The notes beneath the pieces were generated by a model. It was not told the origin of the DNA, did no database searches, and was given only the letters and a program-made list of their open reading frames with translations. From positions 5,518,001 through 5,582,000 of the forward strand of contig OZ281498.1 in the NCBI GenBank assembly GCA_965637545.1: DNA of 64,000 nt. The letters run 5' to 3'. This DNA comes from Phallusia mammillata. Its lineage: Eukaryota. The translations under genes and the position numbers were made by a program. Positions 13,001 to 24,224 of the stretch are shown in pieces. Each line of letters starts with the position of its first letter. The first letter of the stretch is position 1.

Positions 13001-16000
13001 CAAATGAAGCTGTGCGTCATGAACTCGAGGTTCCAAATAACGTCATAGGCATGCCGGTTGATGTTAACATTGAAGGTGCGTGGCTGTTAGACTACAACTT
13101 CAATCAGCGTGAATTTATGCGCTTTTTTACCATATTGTTTTCGTTTTTGAAATCCGCATTGCATTAAAACAGTCTTTCTCAACCTTATACACCAATTGCA
13201 TACCACCTGACAACTTCCTAAACCTTGCCACCTAAACTCTGTTTAATGGATATAATCTAAGATAGGCTTGTATTCATGATTTGAGGCAATGTTAAACCCC
13301 ACAGAACCAAAATAAGGACGAAACACAACCATTCTGTACTAATAGCCAGGTAGATAAACTTTTGTTTTCATGTCAAACGCGTAGGGTACGACTTCGCGTG
13401 ACGTCATAAATGATTCGGTTGATTCGGCCAAAACCGCCGAATATTCGGTTTCGGCCGAATCGAAATTTCGCCGATTTAGTCCATCATTAATTTAAACCTT
13501 GCCTCGTTTTTGTCCAGGCGTTGGAGAAGCATCAATGTCGTACAGGTGCACATGGAGAGAAAACGTTGATGGCAAGAACTGCCAGTTCGAAATCACCGTT
13601 ACGACCAAAGTGATCCGCGATCCCCAGGACGTGGACGATCCTCAAACATATCTTAAACTAAAAGTAATCATAAAAAGTTATTTAAATGCAAAATACAAAC
13701 TTTGTTAAATACAGTTTAAGTTTTATTAGGTAATAGAGATACGGTCAGGGAAAAATTTAGGTCGTTTACGATTTGTATATGTGCGTAGTTTGGTTGTGTG
13801 TCAAATCCATTTTGTTGGTGTAACAGATATTTTTGTTTTAAAGAAAGTTGAACCATATTTCAACTCATTGATTTGATGCTTTACTATCCACAGATCAACA
13901 TTCAAAAACCGGAAAGTCCTAAAGCCAACATGTCCATCGTTGATGTAGGATTAATATCAGGTTTTGTCCCGGTTCGGCAAAGTATTGATAATTTGGAAAA
14001 AAACAACCGCGTGGACGGTACTGGTACGCAAAAAGTAGTGTTACAACATGCATGATTTTTTACTCAGTTTATGTGAAACCAAAAAGTTAGGTCCCATTTA
14101 CTCAACAGGTAAATTACAGTAGAAACATGCTGTTCCGGTTTTGTTCGCTCTCACGTAGTTTCTATATTAGGGTTGCTACACCTGAAGGGACCAAATTCCG
14201 ACAATTTTAATACATACCTTTCTTGAAACTAAACTGGCGACGTGTTGCGTGTTATACAATCGTGTATCAAAAACCGCACAGACAACAATAAACGTAAACA
14301 GCTTTAAATACACTTGTGCGCCGAAATAAGGAAGAAATCAGTCGGTTTAGAATGGTAACGTGATGGGGCATTGCCACCCTGGTTTGAATCACCATATCAA
14401 GGAAATTTTGGCCACCTTTAGAACTTGTAGTTTACTAAATACCGAATTCCGGACATTGGGCGTGTGATTTAAATTAGTTTTGCATTCTTAAATTAGATTT
14501 TACAAGTCTATTCTCCTTTAGTTGACAGATACGAAGTCACCGACAACTCGGTTAAATTCTACTTAAGTGAAATCAACCAGAACGACACTGTATTGAGCTT
14601 TAAACTGAGACAAGAAAGTGTCATAAAAAACCCGCAACCCGTTGCTGTGAAAGTCTACGATTACTACAATCCCGAGGTAAAATAATTGCAAAACCTATGA
14701 TTTGCTCAAATTTATCATAATGTGAACATGCAATATTTTCTAAACGCATTTAACTGTATCAACTATCTTATGTTATTTTTTTCATCCGAAAAAAAAGGTA
14801 TTTTTTGTGAAGTGTCGTTAGCAAACAAAAGCACATGGAAAGTTTCTAGTTCGTGGTAAATTCCGTGAACACGTATAGGCGATTTTTTAAAACTTCAACA
14901 CGGTTTAAAACCTTTGCAAGCGCTTGCAAGTCATTATGTTTTACCTGTATTAGCAGCAGCAAACAGTTCAAGACTGATTTAGGCACTGCGTCTACCTTTA
15001 CGAAGTTAACTTTTGCACGCAGATTTCATGTTCAAAATTTTACGCGTTGGACGATCGTGTCGAACTTCGAGTAGCTTGCAACAACGCTGCAGAAAGGTCG
15101 CAACGGATTTGCAAATGTGCGGAAGGAGGATGTCCAAAGTGCAGGTAACAATGGGGAGTGATCATTTCGTACAAGAGGTCATTTCGTATAAGAGCCTCCA
15201 AACTTTTTTCGCTACCGTCGTAAATAGCGCTGGCCGCATGGTTTTTATGCCCTAGCGCTGTCTTTCCAAACTTACTCCGAAAGTACATAAACTGTAATGG
15301 AAGCCAAACCAGTTTAAGCATAAAAAGAACCGAATTCAATAGGCGCTGCCTGCCACGTCAAGACAGGAGCGTAGTCGTTTTTATTGGTATTCTTTGATAA
15401 TAAGTATTTTTTATGAATACTTTTTGGGTTTCCCTCTGCATTAGCCCAGTCAATATAAAAAACACATTTTTCAACTAGTTATGAGTTTATATTAAATTTG
15501 TAAACTGGGTATTAGGACTCGTGAAGAAGTCGCAACGGACTCAAAGTGCATCATACTTCCAGTTGCTAATAACAGGTACAGATTGTTTATTATCATACAC
15601 CTGCAAATGTTTGCAAGGCTTTTCAACATGTGAAATTGCCACATCAATTTGTTACACGTAACATACTTATGTACACAATTCATATTTCCTAACTAGAAAC
15701 AAACAAGCCAAATATTTGTGTAAAACATAACGTTTCGGTAGCAACTTATTCTCAAAACCTACGCGATCCTGGCAAACCGCTCAAAACGACTGAAATGTTT
15801 TACCGATTTATTTTAAGTTACCAAAATCGGGATATTTCGACCCAAAATTCAGATGCAATTTTTAAGGTTTTGCCGCAATTTTTTGTATTTTGAAATTCTG
15901 CATGCTCAACTTAGTACAGATGTGAAAGTTCACCGTTCTACCTGTTCTATAACAAAAGATATGCGATGTTTTTTGTGTGCACTGAAGCCGTTTTGCGCGG

Positions 16001-17929
16001 TTTGTCAAGATCGCGTAGGTATTCTCAAATGAATGAATGTAAGAACCAGTAAAAGCAATAAAAAATGCGCGAATAAACTCGAATGCCAGTTAAAAAAATA
16101 ATCCAAAACCCAGTGTATAAACCTATGTTTAGAATCAACCGTTGTATATAGTATTTTCACAGTTCCTGTGAGCGAATACAACACTGTTATAAAAGCGATA
16201 AAATATTGGCAGTTAAAAACGAACGTTTTCTGAGTTTTTAGGAAAAGACGCTGCGCTGATTGGGAGGAAACTTGCATGAGAGATCCGAAAGTTGGTTGTC
16301 ATGACTCTGTGGTCAAGGCTTGCGAAAGGCTAGTATTGTATTACTTTATACCAGGGGTGGGGAACCTGCGGCCTTTTAGGGCACTAAGTGCAGCTTTCGA
16401 CGTCAGAATAAATTTTAGGATGTTGATATTTCAAACTGCACCAGGCGCTGAAAAATAGACAGAAACAGCCAAATGGTCCCGTTGTGGTACACGAAGCGAT
16501 TTCCGTAGGTTCTACAATGCTACTTGTCTTGTAATTGTTTACGCATAATCGAATGTCTTAAACACGTCTGTGATGTCACAAGCTGGCCTTAGATCATCGA
16601 TATTTGCAAACAAGCGAGTTTCTAGGTTAAATAAATCCTGAATGTTGTGTTGAAGGGGCAAATGTAGTGAGGAATAGTATTTAAGTCCTACAACTCTACG
16701 AGGGAATAACAAAACGACCATTCTGTAAGTCAAAAAGATTGAACACCACTGTCCTCGGCCTGGGAAATAGTCTATGCGGCCTAAACGAATGTAAATAAAC
16801 CGTTTGGTGGCCTTTATAAACAAAAAGGTTCCCCGCCCCTGCTTTATACTGTACGCTTTTTTTCTGTTTTTTTTTTTCACACAAACTCTTGTTTGACAAA
16901 AAAAAACTCTTTCGTAATTATTTTTTGATTTCTTTTTCAATTTCACACAATTAAACAAAATGTTAACTTATTTATTTCTGCTTTTAAAGGAGTTACTTAT
17001 TTTATGTGACTGTGACTGAGGTACGAAAAAACCAACCACCAAACTTCGTCGAATTTGATGCAAATGTTCTGCATAATCCCAAAAAGGGTAAAGTTTCATT
17101 CCATTCTTGTTGTGTTGTGTTAACAACCGCTCCCATACTCTCTTTAGTTTGTTTTCTAACTCAACTGATGCCGTGTCGATAGAAAATATTTTTTATTTGC
17201 TAGGTTTGGACCTAACAAAAGGCAAAAAGACTTTCCGAATGAGATTTGATTGCTTTGAAAATTGCCGCGATGAAGCACTCACCAAGCAACCGGTTAGTCT
17301 ACATTACTAATGTGCATTGTGATGTTCTTAATCATCATCAATATCCTGAAAACTTTTATTCGTTGAGGAAAATATTTAAACTTTTTTTCAGAATATAGAT
17401 GTGATCAAAGAAGGTCGCAACCTAATTATTTATGGAAACGAGCCGCAGAGAGCAACTAACCCGGACGGCTCGCCCTCGTAAGTGTTATAAAGGATAAGTA
17501 GCTTGAAGAAAAAGTTAACCAAAATAGACTACAATTAAAGCTAAAATAATCAGTTTTAACCGGTGTGTAGTCAGTTTGGAGTTGTAAGCGAAGCCCAATT
17601 TTGGCCCTTAAAAAAACGGAAAAGCCCGTCCTGACTCACAGCTCTGAATCAGTGTACTGTGGCACAAAGGTTATTTTATATTTATTATACACAACGAAAG
17701 GACTTCATTTTCGTCAATGTAAAACTGATGTTTTTTTAGTTACTTATACGTCTTGGATGAGACTTCCATTATTGAAGTTGCGCAGGCTGGTAAAAAATGC
17801 ACAAAACTTCAGAAAGAAGAATGCGAATCAGCTGCTGCCATACTAAATAATGCTAAAAAATGCCTGCGCAAGCGAGTGTGCTTGCTGCATGAGAATCTAA
17901 GGAAGATGGTTGGTCGTGGATGTGGCTAA
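1003..17929 (+). CDS. C3: Complement component C3 (thioester protein), 41 coding exons, ~1713 aa
   Basis: Phase-compatible exons: 1003-1064, 1336-1447, 1616-1699, 2075-2238, 2715-2802, 3149-3292, 3375-3420, 3542-3747, 3808-3940, 4016-4140, 4218-4284, 4338-4432, 4664-4767, 4835-4913, 5528-5722, 5826-5892, 6320-6480, 6609-6732, 7715-7877, 8445-8555, 8727-8812, 9047-9186, 9599-9650, 10116-10285, 10346-10475, 10539-10748, 10948-11032, 11352-11511, 11678-11913, 12319-12443, 12531-12676, 12901-13075, 13518-13663, 13894-14017, 14522-14676, 15023-15144, 16242-16328, 16990-17087, 17204-17292, 17392-17477, 17740-17929 (total 5142 nt, in frame). Motifs: signal peptide MKQMMMIAFLVICAVTSGAFG, TDRPAYRPG, LPTF, SPY..YFNPG, RRKR beta/alpha site, ANATO, RTNFEENWLF, GCGEQNM, PVRHQEM, VETTSYALL, TQDTVMALQA, VYDYYNPE, CKCAEGGC anchor and C345C. 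Confidence 0.95.
2455..2560 (-). pseudogene. Retroposed, 3'-truncated tRNA-like element (Leu-type class II scaffold) with an intron-like insert, in C3 intron 4
   Basis: The minus strand reads GGGCAGGAACTTGGCCGAACGGCCTGGCGCCTGA-CCCGTA-[20 nt]-ATCGGG...GTCCTGGGTTCGAACCCCGTGAAA, with A-box and B-box motifs and CCTGA/TCGGG pairing. It is flanked by 15-bp direct repeats at 2440-2454 and 2561-2575 (14/15 identical). Confidence 0.6.
5278..5490. mobile_element. hAT-type MITE, 213 bp
   Basis: TIRs CAGTGGTTCTCAAAC / GTTTGAGAACTACTG; perfect 8-bp TSD GACTACGG at 5270-5277 and 5491-5498. Confidence 0.85.
6090..6160 (-). mobile_element. tRNA-derived SINE head
   Basis: The minus strand reads ...TTAGTTTGTAGAGCGCGAGTCCCGGAAAGGCTACTGTCGTGGGTTCGAATCCCACCGCAGGC. 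It has a B-box and is homologous to copies near 18200, 40260 and 56800. Confidence 0.7.
6687..6698 (+). other. C3 beta/alpha chain processing site RRKR
   Basis: CGA CGA AAG CGG in exon 18, at the canonical position just before ANATO. Confidence 0.9.
6766..7063. mobile_element. Degenerate MITE with GCCCGA subterminal repeats
   Basis: Repeated GCCCGA motifs, and the end CCCGACTTATAGCT resembles the ends of related copies at 17577-17646, 40567-40778, ~39260-39292 and ~49920. Confidence 0.5.
10622..10636 (+). other. Thioester motif GCGEQ
   Basis: GGC TGT GGG GAG CAG; the C3-type catalytic His is CAC at 11497-11499 in PVRHQEMD. Confidence 0.95.
16352..16841. mobile_element. hAT-type MITE, 490 bp, in C3 intron 37
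   Basis: TIRs CAGGGGTGGGGAACCT / AGGTTCCCCGCCCCTG; perfect 8-bp TSD CTTTATAC at 16344-16351 and 16842-16849. Confidence 0.85.
17577..17646. mobile_element. 70-bp mini-MITE of the GCCCGA family
   Basis: Ends TGGAGTTGTAAG / CTCACAGCTCTG; flanks AGTCAGTT and AATCAGTG (6/8) resemble a decayed TSD. Confidence 0.45.
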
Positions 17930-18189
17930 TATCGCTAAAAGACGCAAAAAACAGTTTCATACCTTGTAATCAAACGTATTCTCATCCTGCTACTCTAATC
18001 ATCTTTTGGACGATGTATTTAGATTCGATGAACTGTCTAATTATACGCTTGTGTCCTAATCCGCCAAATACATGAAACTTATGTATATGATTTGTTGAGG
18101 CATAAATACATAACTAGGACTCATATACAAATCATAGTACGCCAGGTATATTGAAGGCGTCATACCGAATTAGCCGTTCAAGCAGCAAA

Positions 18190-18780
18190 CGAGGTAGGCA
18201 ACGATGGGTTCAGCTGGTAGAGGGCGTGTCCGGGTAAGGTTCATGTTTTGGGTTCGAATCCCACCGCAGGCCAGACGCTTCTAACTAGTGATGCACCGAA
18301 GTTTCGGTTGGCCGAAACATTTCGGCCGAATACGCTGTTTTTCGATGTTTCGGTTTCGGCCCGAACTTTTTTGAAAATTCGGCCGAAACCGAACTTTTTG
18401 ATTGCATAGAATTAATGCCCAAACTAGCATTTTCACCTGTACAAAACGTCATAAATTAACTAATTGTTGTAAGTTATCTATAAAATACGAGCCACTTTGT
18501 CTGCAAAATATTGCACGTTTAGTAAAGCTTCCAGATGGTGTAAGTGATTTTGATTTGTCATAATTCACTTCACTCGCATCAACGACACAAGGTTCAGTTG
18601 AAAACATCCATAGAACAGGATTTTAGGTTCGGCCTGATTCGGCCGAAATTATTCGGCCTCGTGGCCAAATATTCGGTTTCGGCCCGAACGTTTTTAGGCG
18701 GGTTCGGTGCATCACTACTTCTAACCTACTCCTTGCCGTATGTGAATGCTTGGTGACCAGCTGATAAGCCTGGCGTATAC
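18190..18780 (+). mobile_element. tRNA-derived SINE split by a hAT MITE
   Basis: The head (A-box-like AGCTGGTAGAG, B-box GGTTCGAATCCC, CCGCAGGC) spans ~18190-18285. The tail CTACTCCTTGCCGTATGTGAATGCTTGG resumes at 18726 and matches the copy near 56850. Confidence 0.7.
18286..18717. mobile_element. hAT-type MITE with CCGAA/TTCGG subterminal repeats, 432 bp
   Basis: TIRs TAGTGATGCACCGAA / TTCGGTGCATCACTA; perfect 8-bp TSD CTTCTAAC at 18278-18285 and 18718-18725. Related decayed copies occur at ~13410-13490 and ~36797-37230. Confidence 0.9.
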
Positions 18781-21631
18781 TATGATTTGTACGTGATTTG
18801 TGTACGGATGTGCGTAGGCGATCAAAAAGACATTCCTTCACTACTGTACTATAAATAAATAAAACCGATGCTGCAGTAGACCAAGCAATAGAGAGTTTGC
18901 TGCTTTAATAAACAATTGTGATAAATGAGAGTGACCTCATGTCAAAACAAGAAAACTTGGTAAAAAGATTATCAACGTCAAAATCGATCACGCTCACTCT
19001 CTTCACTATCTTGCATCAGTTAAAATGTTGTTTGTAAGTTTTGCTTTTTTACCGGTCACAAATCATAATTTATCATGTCACACATTTTGGCGCCGACAAA
19101 CGCGTTTGGATAAATGCACTTTTGAGTTGAGTTTACTTTATTTCGCTTGGAAAAGCACATATAGCGTCACAGCGTCACAGTGGCACTGAACAATCACCAA
19201 GCCGAAATAAGTTGCACAACGTTGAAACGTTATGAGGCGCAAAGTAGTAAATGGCACAATTGCTGGATCATGATTAAAGGCGCTGCAGCTGTACCGTATT
19301 ATAAAGCGTTATGGTGCGGAAGATCACCAGTGAGTGAGTTTGGCGCACTGTGAATATAGCACGACTAGGGGTACAAAGTGGAACCAGGGTGTTAGGAAAG
19401 AGGGTGAAATACACACACACACACGAAATGACCTTCCACAAGATTAGTTTACTTTAAACTACGTTATAGTTTTTGTTTAATTAAAAAAACGGCATTATTT
19501 TAGTTTCGATCAAATCATGAATAAAAAAGGAAGAAAAGTTAAAGCCATTTTTAAACAGCAATAAAAGGATTATGTATTGAAGTATTAAACGAAAAAAGAA
19601 AAAGAAAAACAAACATATAAAAACAAACAAAAAAGCAAAAATGTCGAGTAACTAGATGTACTTGAAATAGAAGTCGTCAGCGCAGATTTCTCCAACGCAT
19701 GACGCAAGACTTTTATGCGGTTATGCGATACTTTTATGTAATTTCGACGGGTTAGACCCAAGTTCCAATTTGACGTGTCGAGCCTATAGTTTATTTTGTC
19801 CAAAAGAGCTCACATGAGCTTTTGACGCCTGTAGAGTTTAGCTCAAGCAAAACTGAAGTGTGCAGGGTCTTTGTGACCAGCAATGGAAATTGATTTTTGA
19901 CTTTCGTGTGTGGACAAAGAGCTAGCGACGTGACTGGGAATAAATTCGGAGTTTTACAGATGTTCCTTTCTTTGACCACGTGCCTAATAATCGAAGCTTC
20001 CGGGAACAATCACTCGGTGAACAAGTTTGTAGACGCCAATGTTTCTGTCGAGACGTGCCGCGGCGCATCTTGCACACAAGGTCACGTGGGCGGGTACGTC
20101 ACAGCAAAATATGTGAAACATTGAGGTTCTGACCGAGATTTTTCCAGGGTTTTCTTTTGTTTTGGCGACAGTAGCGGGGCCGTTCCACTTCACAGCTATG
20201 ACAACAGGCTATTGTCAGCCAGTCACAAGTTACGATTTATGAGCTCGGCTTCCGACTCTTGTGTGCAATCGCTTGTGCGACGACAAGTGCTACAGGCGCG
20301 AGACATGAACGCTGTATAGGGATGCCTCAGCGGTAAAAATTCCAGTCCATTCAATCGGGGCCTTTATCGCGATCGTCGAGTGACACATAGTAGCACATAA
20401 TGTTGGTTCAGAAGAGAGTTTTGACCGAGAAAAGTCGGATACAATGGATTATGGCGGTTATTGGGCCAGCGGCGAGTCATCCAAAACGCACACGCCTTAC
20501 GTGAAATTTTAGGAAATGCGAAGATTATTGGAATTCAGGAGAAACGGAATCTTGTTTTCATCAACAAACCGCCCCAGTTTAAAAACGCACAAAATCATGC
20601 ACCTTGTTCACTTAGCTTTGTGTTTGGGCGCAGTTTACACCCTCCAGTAAAATATAAAATCTACTCTTGTTATAAACTCCGTGTCGAAACCTGTAAAGCG
20701 AAGAGGTAGTTTCTAGTGGTCAGAAAAACTAGTTTACATCATATAAGGTATTTCTTGCATTTTGTCTTTACGTTTTAAATGGTTTGACTTCGCGACATGC
20801 TAGAAAACATGTTATGCGCCTAGTAACAATATTTGACTACCGTGTCACGTCAATGGAGATATAAAACAGTATATGCGGCATCGTCAATGAGTTATGGAGA
20901 CATATATGGTACATTGGTCACGACATGTGCAAGATTACAGATCTAACAGCGCGTCTGTGGCTGCCAACACAAAAAGCTGTTTGGTTTGGGCTGGACAAAA
21001 AACCGACGCTGTTGATGTGAAAACTTGTTTTTTCAGTCGCTCTAATAGCGCTCAAGTAAAGCGGCGATATCTTATTTGATCGCGCGTGAATGGAGACTTA
21101 TGTCGAAACAGGACTTGTGGTTAGCCGGGGTAAACAACAACGGCGATAGTAACTAATATACAATGGCGATTTGCGCAACCTCATAAAAATCGCGAGATCC
21201 GATTTCGATATTCATTGCAGCGATTACAGCGTATTTGAAACAACTTTGTATTGGAACTTTTGCCGATTTTAGCCACTCAAGAAATTGGATGCAGACATTA
21301 GGAGCTTTGAGAAAGATCAGTTATTTAGCACGTATTTTAGAAGTTAACATGGTGAATAACTTAAATTTCTTAAATTTCTATTTTAACCTTGCAAGAATTT
21401 TGTATAATAAAATCAGTGAGTAAATTAGCTTGTGTGTGCATAACAAAGGTTGTTTTTTTTGGTATTTTAAGCCTGCAAATATTTTGTATAACACTATAAG
21501 AGCCAATTTCTAGGAAGTTTAGTAAATTTGGTTGTGTGTGTATAAACATACAACTGCAAACACTGAAAACATTACTTTTATTCTCAGTTTTGCGTCAAAA
21601 GAAAAATACACATTAAGCATATTAACTAAAC

Positions 21632-23268
21632 ATGCCAATAAGTTCTACAAACAGTCGGCTTACTCGAGAACTGTATAAGCCTCCTCCGAAATCGCTGGAG
21701 CAAATTCGTCGAGAGGGGCAAGGTAGCGGTCAAGCATCAAGAGAGAGTACTCCATCTACTGTATTACAAAGAGAAAGACATTTGGACAGTTATGTAGGAA
21801 GACGAGTAAGTAGTTTTTCACCAATAACCGACACTTAATTTTGGATCTGATTGTAAATTCCCTCCTCGATGAATTAACGGCAGAAGTCACTAGCTACTGT
21901 GGTTATTCAAATGCGAAACTAGAAAAGTTAATAAAACCTCAAACCGAATTGTCTTCTGCGAGGACTTGCGTGATGTGGAAAATACTATAGTGGTGTCATA
22001 AAACATAAAACAAAAAGTTGTGTTCTAATTTGACTTTGTACTTACAGACAGCGGTCGTTGGTCCGGTAAACGACCGACCGCCTGACAATGGCAACGGGCT
22101 TCATACGAACGGCTATGCAACTTCGGGGGTCGCAAAGCCGAGTTTCCCGGCATATGCCTGGTCCGGGTCGGGTTGCTGCCTTAGGGGAGTGTGCTGCTAC
22201 TGTCATGGACTTATTTGCACGCGTTGTTCTATTCTTGCTTTTCTACTCGGCTTGTTGCTTGGGGCACTCATCGCTGGGTTGGTAGTTGGACTAATCCTTG
22301 ATGATAGAAACAGAGGTACGGACTGTTTTTTTCTTATGTTTAAAAAATGGTATTATGAGATCTATAAGAGGTGTGTATAAGCATATTGCTGTTGCAACAA
22401 AACGAGCCCAGGAACAATTTATGCGAGTTTACTCCTGTTTTATCAACTTTTTATGCTAAATAGGCTTAAGCTGCAGCGGAATGTCTTTCGTGAAAAATGT
22501 TGTATTGTAGCCTTAAATTTAGATACAAACGAATTGATTTTTTCGGCAGTTGTGCTTGATACATTTAGATTGGTCATCGATTGATTATGTATCAAGAATT
22601 TTTTCATGACTGTTTTGTTTGGAAATACAGTTGCTTTGGCTGAAGCAACCCAGCCGCTGACAGGATGCTTTCAAAGTCCGTGTCCGTCCGCTAACGCAAC
22701 TTGTGAGTACAGAGCGAACAACACCGTGATTGACTGCAACTGTGTGCCTTTGATGGGGGAACCAATATCAACAGGTAGACTTTTGTATTCTCGACATTAA
22801 TTGACTGCTAAATAGTATAATTGTGACATGGTGCAATCGTTTTGAAACATATTTGTTAAGATACGTTTCGCTGAAATGTTTTTGGAAACACGAAATACAA
22901 TAATGATTTTAATTTTGTACAATGGTTGAAAACACAGAATAAAGATAGAATTATTTACTGGTTTGGTTTGGTGTCATGTTCACCGAAAACATTTTTCACC
23001 AACATTTAATGCATTCATTTTGTTTATAGTATCTTTTTTAAATTATGAAAAAGCGGTTTCAGTTTAGGTCCCGAATTTACTGTTCTTTTGAAGGTTACTT
23101 GGTTTTCCAATGTTACCCAATATTTTAAGCATTCGGTTTTCTTGAGATTTACCTTATCTAAATTCTAACCGTCCTTGTGTTATAGCTGGAGTATCAGCTG
23201 AGGGCTACAGATGCAATCTGTTCAACTTTACAAGCACGACCGTTGCTCCAGCAACCACCGCTCCCTGA
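21632..23268 (+). CDS. Type II-topology membrane protein with a Cys-rich juxtamembrane segment and one EGF-like domain, ~222 aa
   Basis: Exons 21632-21805, 22048-22315, 22631-22774, 23186-23268 are phase-compatible (669 nt). There is no signal peptide. GCCLRGVCCYCHGLICTRC precedes the TM segment ILAFLLGLLLGALIAGLVVGLIL, followed by CFQSPCPSANATCEYRANNTVIDCNC...GYRC. Confidence 0.75.
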
Positions 23269-24224
23269 TGATGTTCTTTCGTCAAAACGACTTTCGTTCA
23301 GCCCTGGCTCGACAGGCGCTGTTTTTTTAACTTTTTTGTGATGCCTCTATTAGACGGTTTTCATCACAGCCTTCGGGAAAGTGTACATACGTTTTTTTAC
23401 GATATTTATTAAAGCAGTGAAAACTGTGTTTTTTCGGTACTACTGCACAGAATACATTTTGTAGAAACTGTGTTCAGTTTGGATGGTTAACAATGTTTAA
23501 CGATAGTACAAATGGATTCCAAAAGCGTAAAGTGTGCAAAAGAAAAGTAAGGTCTTCTGTTTGAAAATGCGAATTCTAACTCATTGTACCTTGTTTTAAA
23601 AGTAGCATTTAAAATTCACGGTTAAAACAGTTTCTTTTACTGAGATATTTTGACCGATACCAATTGTGCAAAAAAGCAACGTGACTTTATGAGACAAAGG
23701 CAATTCAGGCCTCGTTTATGTAACCATCACCTTCTTACATTACCACAAACAAAAAATGCTCTTTTGACTAATCTCTTCAGTAAACGGCTTAAATGCATCG
23801 CTCTGCGGTTGGGATGCGTCAACACCAGCCAAACTACTTCTAATACGTGTTCTGCCTCGGCCCACTTGTTCAGTGCCGCAAATAGCCAGCGGCATAACGT
23901 GAAGATAATGAAGCGTTAGAGTTGCCGAGAACAATTTGTGATTACGTTTTTCTTAGCGCGATTGAACATTTCCAGGTTGGCAATTATAGCTATTGAAGTC
24001 TAGTGAATTAACTTTACTGATACAGAACATAGATTCACCAGTGAGTAGGCTTGAAGAACTAATTGTTAGCACGTCGTAATGGAGTTCAACAAAAGCACAT
24101 TACGTAGAAATTTTAAACACGGCATGTGCTATAGTATAGGCATAGTTATAATATTAGGTAGAATGTAAATGACGATCTGGCAAGCTGTTTTAAAACCTTT
24201 TAATGTGGCCTGAAATCGAATTCA

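Noticed and set aside
16539-16958. 139-aa minus-strand ORF
   Set aside because: It lies mostly inside a MITE and poly-T tracts, with no transposase motifs.
1003-17929. Annotation as alpha-2-macroglobulin or CD109
   Set aside because: The RRKR-ANATO region, catalytic HQE, CKCAEGGC anchor and C345C domain are C3/4/5 features, and there is no bait region or GPI signal.
18286-18717. CRISPR-like short repeats (CCGAA/TTCGG)
   Set aside because: These are irregular, bidirectional subterminal repeats inside a TIR/TSD-bounded element, with no repeat-spacer periodicity, in a eukaryotic context.
19290-19345. TATA-like motif and GTGAGT donor as a possible non-coding first exon of the EGF gene
   Set aside because: It cannot be distinguished from chance without transcript data.
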